Notes: generated by a model from the letters alone, not told the origin. 64,000 nucleotides of DNA from Candidatus Micrarchaeota archaeon (GCA_043821365.1 JBDRCX010000006.1:40840-104839), one strand, 5' to 3'. Counted from the first letter of the stretch, positions 8,453-17,611 are shown. Numbers and translations: made by a program.

Positions 8453-9505
8453 TTATTGTCTTTGTTCTGGGCCAACTACCACAGTGTGTGCAACACCTTT
8501 ACATTCTCCACTGTCTAAACGTACTAATTTGCTTGTTGCAAGGCTTAATACTTGTGATTCGTTACCTGGACTTGCACAGCCATCTCTTCCACATGATACG
8601 CCTCCATTTCTTACTACTGGCATACCAGAAGAATCAACATCAATAGTAACACTAACTGTAAAGTCTCTGTCTTCTGCTCCTACTGTGCCTCTTATGCGTT
8701 TTATGTGTGAAAGAACAGATTGCTTTACCCTTTGATAAATTGATGCATTAACATCATCAGTACATTCTGGGACTATTTTTACACGTGCTGCTGCCCTTAC
8801 TGGGCTGGGTTTTCTTCCACTACAATCATCCTTACATCTTGGGTCAATTCCTGGATCGCAAACTTCGTTAATTTTAACTGTTGCAAATTCATAGACAGTT
8901 GTTCCATCCTCACGAACAACTGGAACTTCTACACCAACAACTACGTTTCTTTGTAGTATACCATCACCACAGTGAGTGTCTGCAAGACAAACAACTGGCT
9001 TGGCATCTTCTGGTGTGAAAGTAGGCTCACCATCTTGTTTTGATCTAACTGGAGCATCCGCATTAGGTATTTCTAATGGACCTGCAACCCCATCACCACA
9101 ACGACCAGCATCTGCTGGATCATGTCTTGGTGATCTTGATTCGCCTTCACCTTTACTTAATTCTACTATTCCGTCTCCTTTAACTGGAGGAAGATCACAT
9201 GGAACACAATCAGTTCTTGGTGCTTCAACTTCCACCCATTCTATTTGAGTTACTTCTTGAACATTTCGCACAACTCTAGTAACTTGAACACACTCTTTTG
9301 GTTCTTCATGCATAGTTGCTGCGGCAACTGGTTTTGATGGTTCTGGAGGCAATATTGGTCCTTCAGTTTGTGGTCCGCCACTGCATGTTTTGAAAAGAAG
9401 CATAGCTGCAACTGCAGCTGTAGTTGTACCGATAGCAGCATAATTCTTCCATCCCATCTTTTTTGATTCTGGTGTTTTAGGACCAGATGTGCGAGTTGTT
9501 CTCAT
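8453..9505 (-). CDS. Secreted/membrane-anchored Cys-containing hypothetical protein (first gene of the island cluster when read from the 3' side)
   Basis: ATG at 9505; the track ORF starts at TTG 9517. There is an N-terminal TM (AAIGTTTAAVAAMLLF). The protein is rich in Pro, Gly, Asp and Cys. A TATA-like tataaaat lies about 20-26 nt upstream of the ATG, consistent with a leaderless mRNA. Confidence 0.45.
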   Translation of the reverse strand: MRTTRTSGPKTPESKKMGWKNYAAIGTTTAAVAAMLLFKTCSGGPQTEGPILPPEPSKPVAAATMHEEPKECVQVTRVVRNVQEVTQIEWVEVEAPRTDCVPCDLPPVKGDGIVELSKGEGESRSPRHDPADAGRCGDGVAGPLEIPNADAPVRSKQDGEPTFTPEDAKPVVCLADTHCGDGILQRNVVVGVEVPVVREDGTTVYEFATVKINEVCDPGIDPRCKDDCSGRKPSPVRAAARVKIVPECTDDVNASIYQRVKQSVLSHIKRIRGTVGAEDRDFTVSVTIDVDSSGMPVVRNGGVSCGRDGCASPGNESQVLSLATSKLVRLDSGECKGVAHTVVVGPEQRQ

Positions 9506-9523
9506 AAATTTCACCAAATAAAC

Positions 9524-9531
9524 ATTTTATA
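9524..9531 (-). promoter_or_regulatory. Putative TATA box (tataaaat on minus strand) for gene 8453..9505
   Basis: It is the AT-rich octamer at the expected distance upstream of the ATG. There is no SD sequence. Confidence 0.3.
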
Positions 9532-9613
9532 CCCCATAGGGTAGTTGTGTTATATTATATACTTTAGTGGTAAAGTATATTTAAACCTATCTTTTTTCTG
9601 GTTTGTTGAAAAA

Positions 9614-11134
9614 TCATGACTTTACCTCTAAAGATGCTGCTTCCTTATTGAGGTTGGTGTTTCTTGTTCCTCGGCTGAATAAAAGTAAACCTGCCTGTAC
9701 TGCTGCAAGGGCCACAAGTGCTGGTTGGTAGAAAGTACCCAAAAGATCACTGCCAGTTGATGTTAAAAACAACGCAGCATCTGCACCAAAACATACTGTA
9801 GCAGTTGCTATTTCGAATGTGTATGGTTTCAACCTCAAGTTAGACCACATTTCTGCAATGCCTCCTCGAGATATTGAATCAAGGATTTTTTGCTGAGTTT
9901 CCATTTTAACTGAAACCAACTTATTTCCTGATTTTCCATTGTGTGAATTTAGTGTTATTTCAACATCAGCTTTGACGCCTTTGATAGTAACTTGTTTTGA
10001 ATACTGTTCTGTAATAACTAATCTGAATAGATCTGGTTTAGCACCTTTTTGATGAAGAACAAACTCGTATTGACCATCTTTTGCACCTTTGTATTCAAGA
10101 TAGCACCCTGATGCTAGCCTTCTTTTTGATCCTGGAAGACCGAACGAATGTGGATAAGTTTTTTCACCCATTTTTGGTGGTTCTACTTTCTTTGGTTCGG
10201 GTTTTGGCTTAAGAGATTCTGCAATTGCTCTTACTATTCTTTTGTTATTTTTATTCATTACAGATGAAAAACCATTTTGAGTTCTTCCGTTACACACCAA
10301 CCAATCAATTACTTGTTTATCAGTGTGTTTGAAGTTTCTAGTTGTTGAAGCTTCAAGAACAACAGCTGAAAATCTTGGTAAATAATATCTGATATTGGTT
10401 TCTGATGATTCTGTTTCGCCTAATTTTTGTTTTAAAAGTTCAACTGCACTTTCAGCTCTTGCAGTACCGAATGTTTTAAGTTGTCTTAAATATTTATCAT
10501 TAAACTTGTGTGGTTTGTTAATATTGAAAAGATTAGAGTTATCTGCAAACAATCTACCGTCTTGATGGTAAAACCTAATTGATGTTTCTAAAGCAAGCCT
10601 AACAAGGTCTTCACTATATCCTGCTTTTTTTGCTGCTTCTGAAAATGCAACAATTGCAGCTTGGTATTTATCATTACTAAAATTGGCTCTTACAAAAACA
10701 CCTTCTACCCATGTTTGAATAGCAGAAACTTTTGGTATTGGTGGTTTTTCAACAAATGCTGGGTCTCTTTCTGATGGTGCAAAATCTAATACATCGCCCA
10801 ACTCAGAATATGCTGCTCTTGGTGGTTCTGCTGGCCCTGGTGCCACACCTGGTGCTTCCTCTCTGAATCTTGCTGGTGGCATTGAACCAAGATCAACTGA
10901 ATGATCACCTGGTGGACTAAAACCATCTGCATGAACATCAGTTCTGTCTGGTTCTCTGACTGGTGGTCTTGGTTCAGCTACTGGTGGTTTTCCACCGGTT
11001 GGAGCATCTTCAATCAAACTAGGTCTAAGTACTGGCCTTGGTAAAACTGTGGTGTCAAGAACTTTTCTTGCATCATCAAGTCTTCTTTTTGCTGCATCTC
11101 TTCCTGATGGTCCTACCTGTCCTCTTCCTGCCAT
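9614..11134 (-). CDS. Hypothetical protein, 506 aa, Pro/Ala/Arg-rich N-terminus and C-terminal hydrophobic helices
   Basis: ATG at 11134 overlaps the stop codon of the upstream gene (TAATG). The C-terminus VCFGADAALFLTSTGSDLLGTFYQPALVALAAVQAGLLLF predicts 2 TM helices. Confidence 0.45.
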   Translation of the reverse strand: MAGRGQVGPSGRDAAKRRLDDARKVLDTTVLPRPVLRPSLIEDAPTGGKPPVAEPRPPVREPDRTDVHADGFSPPGDHSVDLGSMPPARFREEAPGVAPGPAEPPRAAYSELGDVLDFAPSERDPAFVEKPPIPKVSAIQTWVEGVFVRANFSNDKYQAAIVAFSEAAKKAGYSEDLVRLALETSIRFYHQDGRLFADNSNLFNINKPHKFNDKYLRQLKTFGTARAESAVELLKQKLGETESSETNIRYYLPRFSAVVLEASTTRNFKHTDKQVIDWLVCNGRTQNGFSSVMNKNNKRIVRAIAESLKPKPEPKKVEPPKMGEKTYPHSFGLPGSKRRLASGCYLEYKGAKDGQYEFVLHQKGAKPDLFRLVITEQYSKQVTIKGVKADVEITLNSHNGKSGNKLVSVKMETQQKILDSISRGGIAEMWSNLRLKPYTFEIATATVCFGADAALFLTSTGSDLLGTFYQPALVALAAVQAGLLLFSRGTRNTNLNKEAASLEVKS

Positions 11135-12528
11135 TATGCACCACCTGAGTTAACTGAATCCCATTGGACAAGTACAAGCATTTCTGATGCTTTTGCCCTT
11201 ACGGTTTCAGCTATTTGAGTTACCTCTTCTTTGAGTTTTGCGTTCTCTGGTTTATCAAGATCAGTTAAAGAAACTCCTGCTTCTCTTGCAATAACTGCTT
11301 TAACTGAGCCTGGATCTTCAGTGAAAGATTCTAAAACTCCTTTCACTGTTTCAGCACCATATTGAGATGCAATTGTAGTCACTGTATTAGTGTCCTCTCT
11401 TGCTGGTCTTCTGCTTTTGTCAGCTGACAAAGCACCAATAAGCAAGTTTGAAACAATTTGTAATGTAAACTGTCTTACTCCATTTGCACTTTCTGCATTT
11501 GTACCAAGTGCTCTATCAAGATCTTGTTCAAGCTGTGCTACTCTGCCTGCTAAACCATGATCAGTTTTTTCTCCTTCTGCTGGCTCTGGTCCTTCAATTA
11601 CATCAAAGATACCATCAACTGTTTTTCTAAGTTCAGCCATGAAAGGATCGACTATTCCTCTTAATTCTCTCCTGATTGTTCTGGCAACTTCACCAGTGAC
11701 TTCTTCAACAGCTTCTGCTTTGAGTTGTTTTTTAAGATCTGGCAATACTCTGTCAAGAGCTGCTGCAACCATTGCTTCAAAATCAGGTTTTGCTTCTGGT
11801 TCTTGAACTACTGGAATTTGTCTTTCTGTATCTGGACCATCATCCATAGCTGGCATTTCTCTTTCTGGTTCTCGTTCTAAAAATGCTGGTCTTTCAACTG
11901 TATCTCTTGGACCAGCTGGTCTGTCTGCTAATGCATCTAAACCATCTGGAATTCCTGTAGCGTCTGGTTCTGGAACTTCAAATGGTGTACCTAGATCTCC
12001 AAAAGGATCAGAATCTAGATCAAAATCAGATGGTGGTGGTCTAGGAAGATCAGAAAATGCATCACGAACTTCGTCGCTTGGCCCTAGATCTGAATAACCG
12101 TCTCCTGAATCAACAGATACAAGAGCACCCACATCTAAATCATCAAATGAACGTCCTCTATCTTCTGGTTCTATTTCTGCAAGAACTTCAACTACTTCAT
12201 CCGTTCCTTGACCATCTTGGTGATCTCTTGTTACTAAACTAGCTAAATCATCTTCTGGTGCGAGACCTGGACCATGTAATGTTGGTTCTTGATCAACTGA
12301 ATCACCTTCAAGTGCTGGTGTTTCTTCTTGAACATCTGCAGCTTCACTTGGTAATTTTGCATCACGTTCAACTACTGGTGCTTTTGGTTCAGCTGCTGGA
12401 CCTTCTGTTAATCCAGCTCCAAGAACACCTGGTTTTAGTGGATCTGCAACTTTTTCAGGTGGTTTAGCTGCTCTTAATTTTGCTGCTTCCAATCTATCTT
12501 TCAAAGCTTGTCTTGGATCTGTCATCAT
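11134..12528 (-). CDS. Acidic, Pro/Asp/Glu-rich, probably intrinsically disordered protein (about 464 aa)
   Basis: Long ORF. ATG at 12528 (the track has GTG at 12534), 2 nt after the stop of the upstream gene. The composition is extreme (DLDSDPFGDLGTPFEVPEPD...). The antisense strand carries mirror Leu/Gln-rich ORFs, which are artefacts. Confidence 0.45.
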   Translation of the reverse strand: MMTDPRQALKDRLEAAKLRAAKPPEKVADPLKPGVLGAGLTEGPAAEPKAPVVERDAKLPSEAADVQEETPALEGDSVDQEPTLHGPGLAPEDDLASLVTRDHQDGQGTDEVVEVLAEIEPEDRGRSFDDLDVGALVSVDSGDGYSDLGPSDEVRDAFSDLPRPPPSDFDLDSDPFGDLGTPFEVPEPDATGIPDGLDALADRPAGPRDTVERPAFLEREPEREMPAMDDGPDTERQIPVVQEPEAKPDFEAMVAAALDRVLPDLKKQLKAEAVEEVTGEVARTIRRELRGIVDPFMAELRKTVDGIFDVIEGPEPAEGEKTDHGLAGRVAQLEQDLDRALGTNAESANGVRQFTLQIVSNLLIGALSADKSRRPAREDTNTVTTIASQYGAETVKGVLESFTEDPGSVKAVIAREAGVSLTDLDKPENAKLKEEVTQIAETVRAKASEMLVLVQWDSVNSGGA

Positions 12529-12530
12529 AA

Positions 12531-13979
12531 TCACCTTTTAATATCTTCAACTGGTTCTGTGGTCTTTGCCACTCCTTCATAACTTGGCTTTAGCATTAAT
12601 TCTGCTTGAGTCATTTCAGTCTCACTCAAATCTCTTCCAGCAGTTAGCATGTCAAATAATGCAGCAAGTTTTTGATCAACTACTTCAAATGCAGCTTTTA
12701 CTGCACCTTCAACTCCACTTAATTGTTCTTGAACTCCTGCAACAGCTTCTTGTGCTTGTACAAGCAAACCATTTGCTTGTTCAACAAGACCTTCTGCCCT
12801 GTCTGCTGCTTTTCTTGCTTCACTTGCTTCTCTTACAGCAGAACCTGCACTTCTTTTTGCAGTTCCAACTTCTGCTACAAGGTAGGCACTGAGTTCAGCT
12901 CCTGATAATGTTCTTTCTTCTCCATCGATTGTTACTCTGCATGTGAATACATCATCAACTGCTTTTCTTGTTTGTTCTGGTAATTCGAATTTTACTTTTT
13001 CTAAAGCATCAAACATATAGCCTAAAAGTTCAACACCCTTCTTTCTAACAGTTTTCAATTCACCAGAACCATTATCTGGAACTTGAACAGTTGCACTGAA
13101 TAGTTCATCCAATGAAACAGAAACAACACCTTTCATTACCATAGGATCTTGTAAATTATCAACTTGTGCACATAGATATGCCAAAGCCTCTAATCCTTTC
13201 AATTGTTTAACTTCAGGTGTACCAAAATCAACTGAATGATCAACTGATTCGCCCATACCTTCAACAAGAACTTCTGTTCTGTCTGCTGGTTTTGATTGAA
13301 CTGGACGATTAATTGTAATTGATTCTATTCCACTAACCATTTCTCCCAAAACTTCCATACCAACAACTTTATGTTCGCCACGCATTATTTCCAAACTTCC
13401 AATAGAACGAACAAGTTGTGCAACTGCTTCTGGTCCTTTTAGTTCTTCAGTACCAACAGCAATAGATACTTCAGCTATTGCAGCAACAACAGAACTTATT
13501 TGTTCCAATGCTTCTGGTCCTTTTAGTTCTTTCTCACCAACAGTAATTGTAATTGAATCTACCATTCCTTTCAAATCAGCTGCATCGCTTTGTGCTTTTT
13601 GTGCAGCGTCTGCAGCTTCAAGTGCTGAAGTTGCAGCTACTTCTGAATTTCCTCGAATCTCAACAGCAGCTTCAGATTGTTCTCCGATAAATCCTTCGAG
13701 CATATGACCTTGTTCTTCAACAAGTGTAGTAGCCTGAGTAAGTTTTCCTTTAGCTTCTTCAGCTGCTTCTTTAGCTCCCCGAGCATCTGCTCTAAGACCA
13801 TCCAATTGAGCATCAACATTTCCTTTAACAGCATCCAGTCCTTCGACAAGCGCTGCACCTACTGAACCAGTTTCACTACCAAGAACTTTACGAATATTTC
13901 TTTTTGCAACGTCTAAATCTGGTTGCCTAACTTCCTTTTTATCTGGAACCCCCGTACCTCTCTTCGTCAAACATATCAC
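12531..13979 (-). CDS. Ala/Glu-rich coiled-coil protein with internal repeats (482 aa)
   Basis: Internal repeat ...ELKGPEALEQISSVVAAIAEVSIAVGTEELKGPEAVAQLV.... There is no ATG near the 5' end, so a GTG start at 13979 is likely. It is the second gene of the coupled operon. Confidence 0.45.
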   Translation of the reverse strand: MICLTKRGTGVPDKKEVRQPDLDVAKRNIRKVLGSETGSVGAALVEGLDAVKGNVDAQLDGLRADARGAKEAAEEAKGKLTQATTLVEEQGHMLEGFIGEQSEAAVEIRGNSEVAATSALEAADAAQKAQSDAADLKGMVDSITITVGEKELKGPEALEQISSVVAAIAEVSIAVGTEELKGPEAVAQLVRSIGSLEIMRGEHKVVGMEVLGEMVSGIESITINRPVQSKPADRTEVLVEGMGESVDHSVDFGTPEVKQLKGLEALAYLCAQVDNLQDPMVMKGVVSVSLDELFSATVQVPDNGSGELKTVRKKGVELLGYMFDALEKVKFELPEQTRKAVDDVFTCRVTIDGEERTLSGAELSAYLVAEVGTAKRSAGSAVREASEARKAADRAEGLVEQANGLLVQAQEAVAGVQEQLSGVEGAVKAAFEVVDQKLAALFDMLTAGRDLSETEMTQAELMLKPSYEGVAKTTEPVEDIKR

Positions 13980-14126
13980 CTCATAGCGAAATATCTAAAT
14001 GTGTGTTATGGTATATTTTAGTGGGGACCAATATTTAAATGTTTGTATTTGTTCAATTGTGGTGGTACTAAGACATTCTTCATGCCCCCAAACCATACAA
14101 TACATTTCTAACAAAAACTAATAATA

Positions 14127-16319
14127 TCAAACTCGACGGAACATTAACGTCTTGTCATCATCATTTTTACTTTCTCTTTCTTTACATGAACACATGGTTG
14201 GGAATTTTGTTATTCTTTCCCCATCTGGACCATCATTATTATCTGCTCTTCTTTCTTCTGCCATTGATATTAGAGCATCTCTTGCCATAGTCAAATCCCC
14301 AGAATAAAGATCTATTACATCAACAATTTCATGATTGCAAATCGGTACTCCGATTCCATCACTATGCACAGCAATGATGTCACCTTTTTGTAGAACAAAT
14401 GGTTGGTGATGATAAAGTCTACCATTTATATGAATATGAGCAGCACCATGACCTAATGCTGAACCGATTATATGATCTGGATAATTAAGTTCAACTTGTT
14501 TTTTTAGAACTGCTTCGTAAAATTCTTTTGTTTGTGTTTCATCAAGATCTCTTACTCGAAGTCCTCTTTCTTCAAATTCATTAGAGACCAATCCAAAAGC
14601 ACCAACATAGTTAAAAGAGTGGCCAGCACTTTCAGCTACTATTTTACCACCACGAATTATTTTCCAATCACTATCCCCACAGTGAATTCCATAAAACTCA
14701 TTTTCTTTTTGATAGGATATTGTTACTGTGGTCCCCATATTGTTTATTTGTCTTCTATCTAGTGTTTGTTTTGATGCTATCTGGTCCATAACCACTGCCA
14801 AGTCCATTGCAACAATAGTAGCACGCACATCTTCTGGAGTTGATATCCAGCCCGCAGCAGATGCAATCTCAAAAACTTCTTTTGCAATTTCACTTGCTCT
14901 GCTGCCACCGCCATGTCCACCCATACCATCAAAAACTGCATCAAGATAGACTAGTTTACCATCAGGAAGAGTTACTCTGGCTGATGAGAAATTATCCTCA
15001 CACTCTTTTGGAGTACCATCACGACATCTTTTTGCTTTCATACTTGTGTTTTTGTAAGTTATTGAACCATAAACCTGGTGATTGAAGCCAAGAAACGAAG
15101 AGAAAACACTAAATTCTGCCTGTCTTAGTGCAGCTTGCCTAAGTGCACTCAGTTGCATTGTTTCTCCAAAAGCAGCAATATCAAGCAGTAGTTGTTGATG
15201 ATAATTTTGTTGATAAACTGGATGTAAAAAAGCACGTTCTAAATTTCCCACTACTTCCGAAGGGATTCTTCTTGCATTAGAATAACTTGGAACCAACCTT
15301 GTTGATAAACCATGTTGTTCTCTTTCATATTTACCCTCAAGTTGTGGTGTTTGCGTCAGCAAATCAACCAAACCAGTTTCTTCTCTTGTGAACCTAGGGG
15401 CATCTTCAAATCGAATTTTGTGAGCTAATGAAGCAAGAGTCCTAAGGTCTAAAACATTTCTACTATGAAATTGGAATCGCTCTGCAATTGGTGTGTTGAA
15501 CCAAAGATCGTGTGTTGAATTGTATTTGAACACAGTATTCTTATGTGCCATTGTTGCAGCATTTGTATCAACCAATAGACCTTTGCCTTTTTTTGCTTGT
15601 ATAAGTATTTGTACTCCTTCAACCCTTTCCATCCATCGTATAACTGCAATTGTTCTTTCATTTAATTTTCCTTTTCCAGATATTGCATCTGCAACAGATT
15701 GAAAATCAGAAGCAGAAGGATATGCCTTGCTCCAAAAATCAGAAAGTGCAGCATTATTTCCATCTAACCATGCATGAAATAATTCAAGTTTTAGTGCAGT
15801 TTCTGGTAAACAAACATCAGTAAGATTCTTGAATCTCGGTGCATTTGGTCCAAGTGATTCCATTGGCATTAAATAAAATGAATCAAGTTGAAAAGAATCT
15901 TCCATTGCCAGTGCTTCCAATCTTTTAGTTGGAGTTCCTGGAATAAGATCGCATTTGTCATAAATAGAACGAACAGCCAGACGAACTTCCTGTACTCTGT
16001 GCTGACCATCTTGTTTTTCCCACATTCCTGCAACTAAAAGCTGCATTCTCAAATCCCTAATTCCAGGATGCATTGCAAGGAACTCATTGAATCTTGATTG
16101 ATCTAATTCACCAACTGATATTCTCAAAGCTAATGAAATCGCATCTCTTTCTCTCACATTTAATTCATTGAAAAGCATTTCTTCTCTTGAAGTTATTTTT
16201 GATCTTAGTTCAAGTGTTGGTAGACCCATCCTATCAGCTAAACCTTTGGTAATATCTTTAGGAATAGCTCTGGTATGTAGCTGACGTGAAAGTAAAGTTT
16301 GTGGGTTAATCTCGGCCAT
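14127..16319 (-). CDS. Large multidomain protein with a C-terminal PP2C-type Ser/Thr phosphatase domain (730 aa)
   Basis: ATG at 16319. The PP2C signature VFDGMGGHGGGSRASEIA lies at about residue 460. Later HSDGI and further Asp-rich metal-binding motifs follow. The N-terminal roughly 450 aa have no recognisable domain. Confidence 0.55.
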   Translation of the reverse strand: MAEINPQTLLSRQLHTRAIPKDITKGLADRMGLPTLELRSKITSREEMLFNELNVRERDAISLALRISVGELDQSRFNEFLAMHPGIRDLRMQLLVAGMWEKQDGQHRVQEVRLAVRSIYDKCDLIPGTPTKRLEALAMEDSFQLDSFYLMPMESLGPNAPRFKNLTDVCLPETALKLELFHAWLDGNNAALSDFWSKAYPSASDFQSVADAISGKGKLNERTIAVIRWMERVEGVQILIQAKKGKGLLVDTNAATMAHKNTVFKYNSTHDLWFNTPIAERFQFHSRNVLDLRTLASLAHKIRFEDAPRFTREETGLVDLLTQTPQLEGKYEREQHGLSTRLVPSYSNARRIPSEVVGNLERAFLHPVYQQNYHQQLLLDIAAFGETMQLSALRQAALRQAEFSVFSSFLGFNHQVYGSITYKNTSMKAKRCRDGTPKECEDNFSSARVTLPDGKLVYLDAVFDGMGGHGGGSRASEIAKEVFEIASAAGWISTPEDVRATIVAMDLAVVMDQIASKQTLDRRQINNMGTTVTISYQKENEFYGIHCGDSDWKIIRGGKIVAESAGHSFNYVGAFGLVSNEFEERGLRVRDLDETQTKEFYEAVLKKQVELNYPDHIIGSALGHGAAHIHINGRLYHHQPFVLQKGDIIAVHSDGIGVPICNHEIVDVIDLYSGDLTMARDALISMAEERRADNNDGPDGERITKFPTMCSCKERESKNDDDKTLMFRRV

Positions 16320-16392
16320 TTTATCCCTTGTTTCTATGTATGTATTTTTGTGGGTATGTATTTTTAAATAAACCTTTTATGAAAATGGAAAA

Positions 16393-17097
16393 TTATGTTA
16401 ATGAGATTTGAAATAGAGTTCCAACAAAATAGCCAGTTAAAGCAGCTGCACCACCAATAAGCATCAACTCAATCCCACCATGAAGCCATTTGCCCGAGGT
16501 TAAATGACTTTTATATGCACCAAAAACAAATAGAAAAACAATGCTTATTATCAAACTTAGTATAATTGAAAAATTCACTGAAAAGAAAAAGAATGGGGCA
16601 ATAGGTATCAAAGATCCGATAATTGCACTGACTCCGACAATCAAACTTTGTTTCAAAGGAGACATACTTTCCCTTGGATCTTCAAGTTTTAGCTCATCCC
16701 GCATCATTGTTTTAAGCCAGACTTTTCTATTTGAAACAATTTTGTCAACAACTTGATTCAATAGTTTCCCTGAGAAACCTTTTTCTTTATATATCTCAGC
16801 TATTTCTTCACGTTCTTTATCTGGAAGATTTTCCATTTCCCAGATTTCTCTTGCTATTTCTGCTTCATAATGTTCAACTTCTGCACGTGCAGATGTATAT
16901 GCAACTGCCGCCATGCTTACACTCTCTGCAAATGTTGCAGCAAGACCAGCAAGAAGAACAAGCTGAGTTGATTGAGTTGCAACCGCCACACCCAAAAGAA
17001 TACCAAGAACATTGACAAGACCATCCTGGCCACCTAGAATAAGATTTCTGAAAAGTTCTCCTCGACCAGTTCGATGTTGCTCAATATGTTCTAACAT
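16393..17097 (-). CDS. VIT1/CCC1-family iron/manganese transporter
   Basis: N-terminal GGQDGLVNVLGILLGVA, a central acidic loop (EIAEIYKEKGFS...) and three C-terminal TM helices. 234 aa. ATG at 17097. Confidence 0.65.
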   Translation of the reverse strand: MLEHIEQHRTGRGELFRNLILGGQDGLVNVLGILLGVAVATQSTQLVLLAGLAATFAESVSMAAVAYTSARAEVEHYEAEIAREIWEMENLPDKEREEIAEIYKEKGFSGKLLNQVVDKIVSNRKVWLKTMMRDELKLEDPRESMSPLKQSLIVGVSAIIGSLIPIAPFFFFSVNFSIILSLIISIVFLFVFGAYKSHLTSGKWLHGGIELMLIGGAAALTGYFVGTLFQISLT

Positions 17098-17192
17098 ACA
17101 AAATCAATATAGTATATTACGATTAAAAAGATATCAAATTTTTCAGAATGAAAAATTCATCAACAAAAAATGGACTTGTTGTGAACTTCCAA

Positions 17193-17239
17193 CTGAACGA
17201 CGAATCGTTCAGTGGACCATAGAACGAATACTTCGTTCT
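17193..17239 (-). terminator. Two consecutive perfect hairpins (ctgaacga-cgaa-tcgttcag; gaacgaa-tac-ttcgttc) just downstream of the tRNA 3' end
   Basis: Palindromes seen directly at 17193-17212 and 17223-17239. They lie between the tRNA 3' end (17309) and the VIT gene start. Confidence 0.25.
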
Positions 17240-17308
17240 GTAGGTCGTTCACTTCTCGTCCAAATTTCTTGAGTATAGCTAATAGAAGAACAAAAATAAA
17301 ATGAAATT

Positions 17309-17568
17309 TGGACTTGAGGGGACTCGCACCCCTGGCCTCTCCGATTTTCTATTTACCATGAAATTGATAATTGCATGGCCGCATTGAACAGAGTCCAATA
17401 GCGTAGATATGCGAACGGAGCGCTCTGCTTCCCGCTTTTAGGAAAAGCGGGACCAAACCCCGCAGTTCATAAAAGATAATGCTCCAACCTTTTTCCTAAA
17501 AAGGTTGGACCAAAAACTAATTTTTGATCCAAACTTTTTTTCAAAAAGTTTGGCTGAGCTACAAGCCC
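17309..17568 (-). tRNA. tRNA-Ala (anticodon CGC) gene interrupted by about 190 nt of intron: about 121 nt in the D-loop region and about 65 nt in the anticodon loop (canonical 37/38)
   Basis: On the minus strand the 5' exon is GGGCTTG-TA-GCTC-AG. The 3' part is AGAGCG-CTCCG-TTCGCA[intron]T-CGGAG-AGGCC-AGGGG-TGCGAGT-CCCCT-CAAGTCC-A. The acceptor stem pairs perfectly and includes G3:U70, the alanine identity pair, and the discriminator is A73. The anticodon stem is CTCCG/CGGAG with loop TT-CGC-AT. The T-stem is AGGGG/CCCCT. No CCA is encoded. Hand-derived coordinates may be off by 1 nt. Confidence 0.55.
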
Positions 17569-17611
17569 TTCTGATAAATAATTAGGAGAAGATAATTAAG
17601 ACTTATCTAAG

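Noticed and set aside
12057-12905. Cluster of Leu/Gln/His-rich plus-strand ORFs (61-108 aa)
   Set aside because: They are mirror images of the Glu/Asp/Ala-rich sense genes 11134-13979. The antisense of GAx/GCx-rich coding sequence yields Leu/Gln codons, so they have no independent support.
8453-16319. Recent horizontal transfer of the Ala/Pro/Asp/Glu-rich operon from a high-GC donor
   Set aside because: Although the amino-acid composition looks high-GC-like, codon third positions are strongly A/T-biased (AGA, GCA, CCA, GAT), like the host genes. The composition is therefore intrinsic to these proteins or ameliorated long ago. I retain only the weaker 'island / integrated element' hypothesis.
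17012-17272. 86-aa plus-strand ORF between the VIT transporter gene and the tRNA
   Set aside because: It spans the two palindromic hairpins and the tRNA-flanking region and has no coding signal. The region is better explained as a terminator or structural RNA region.
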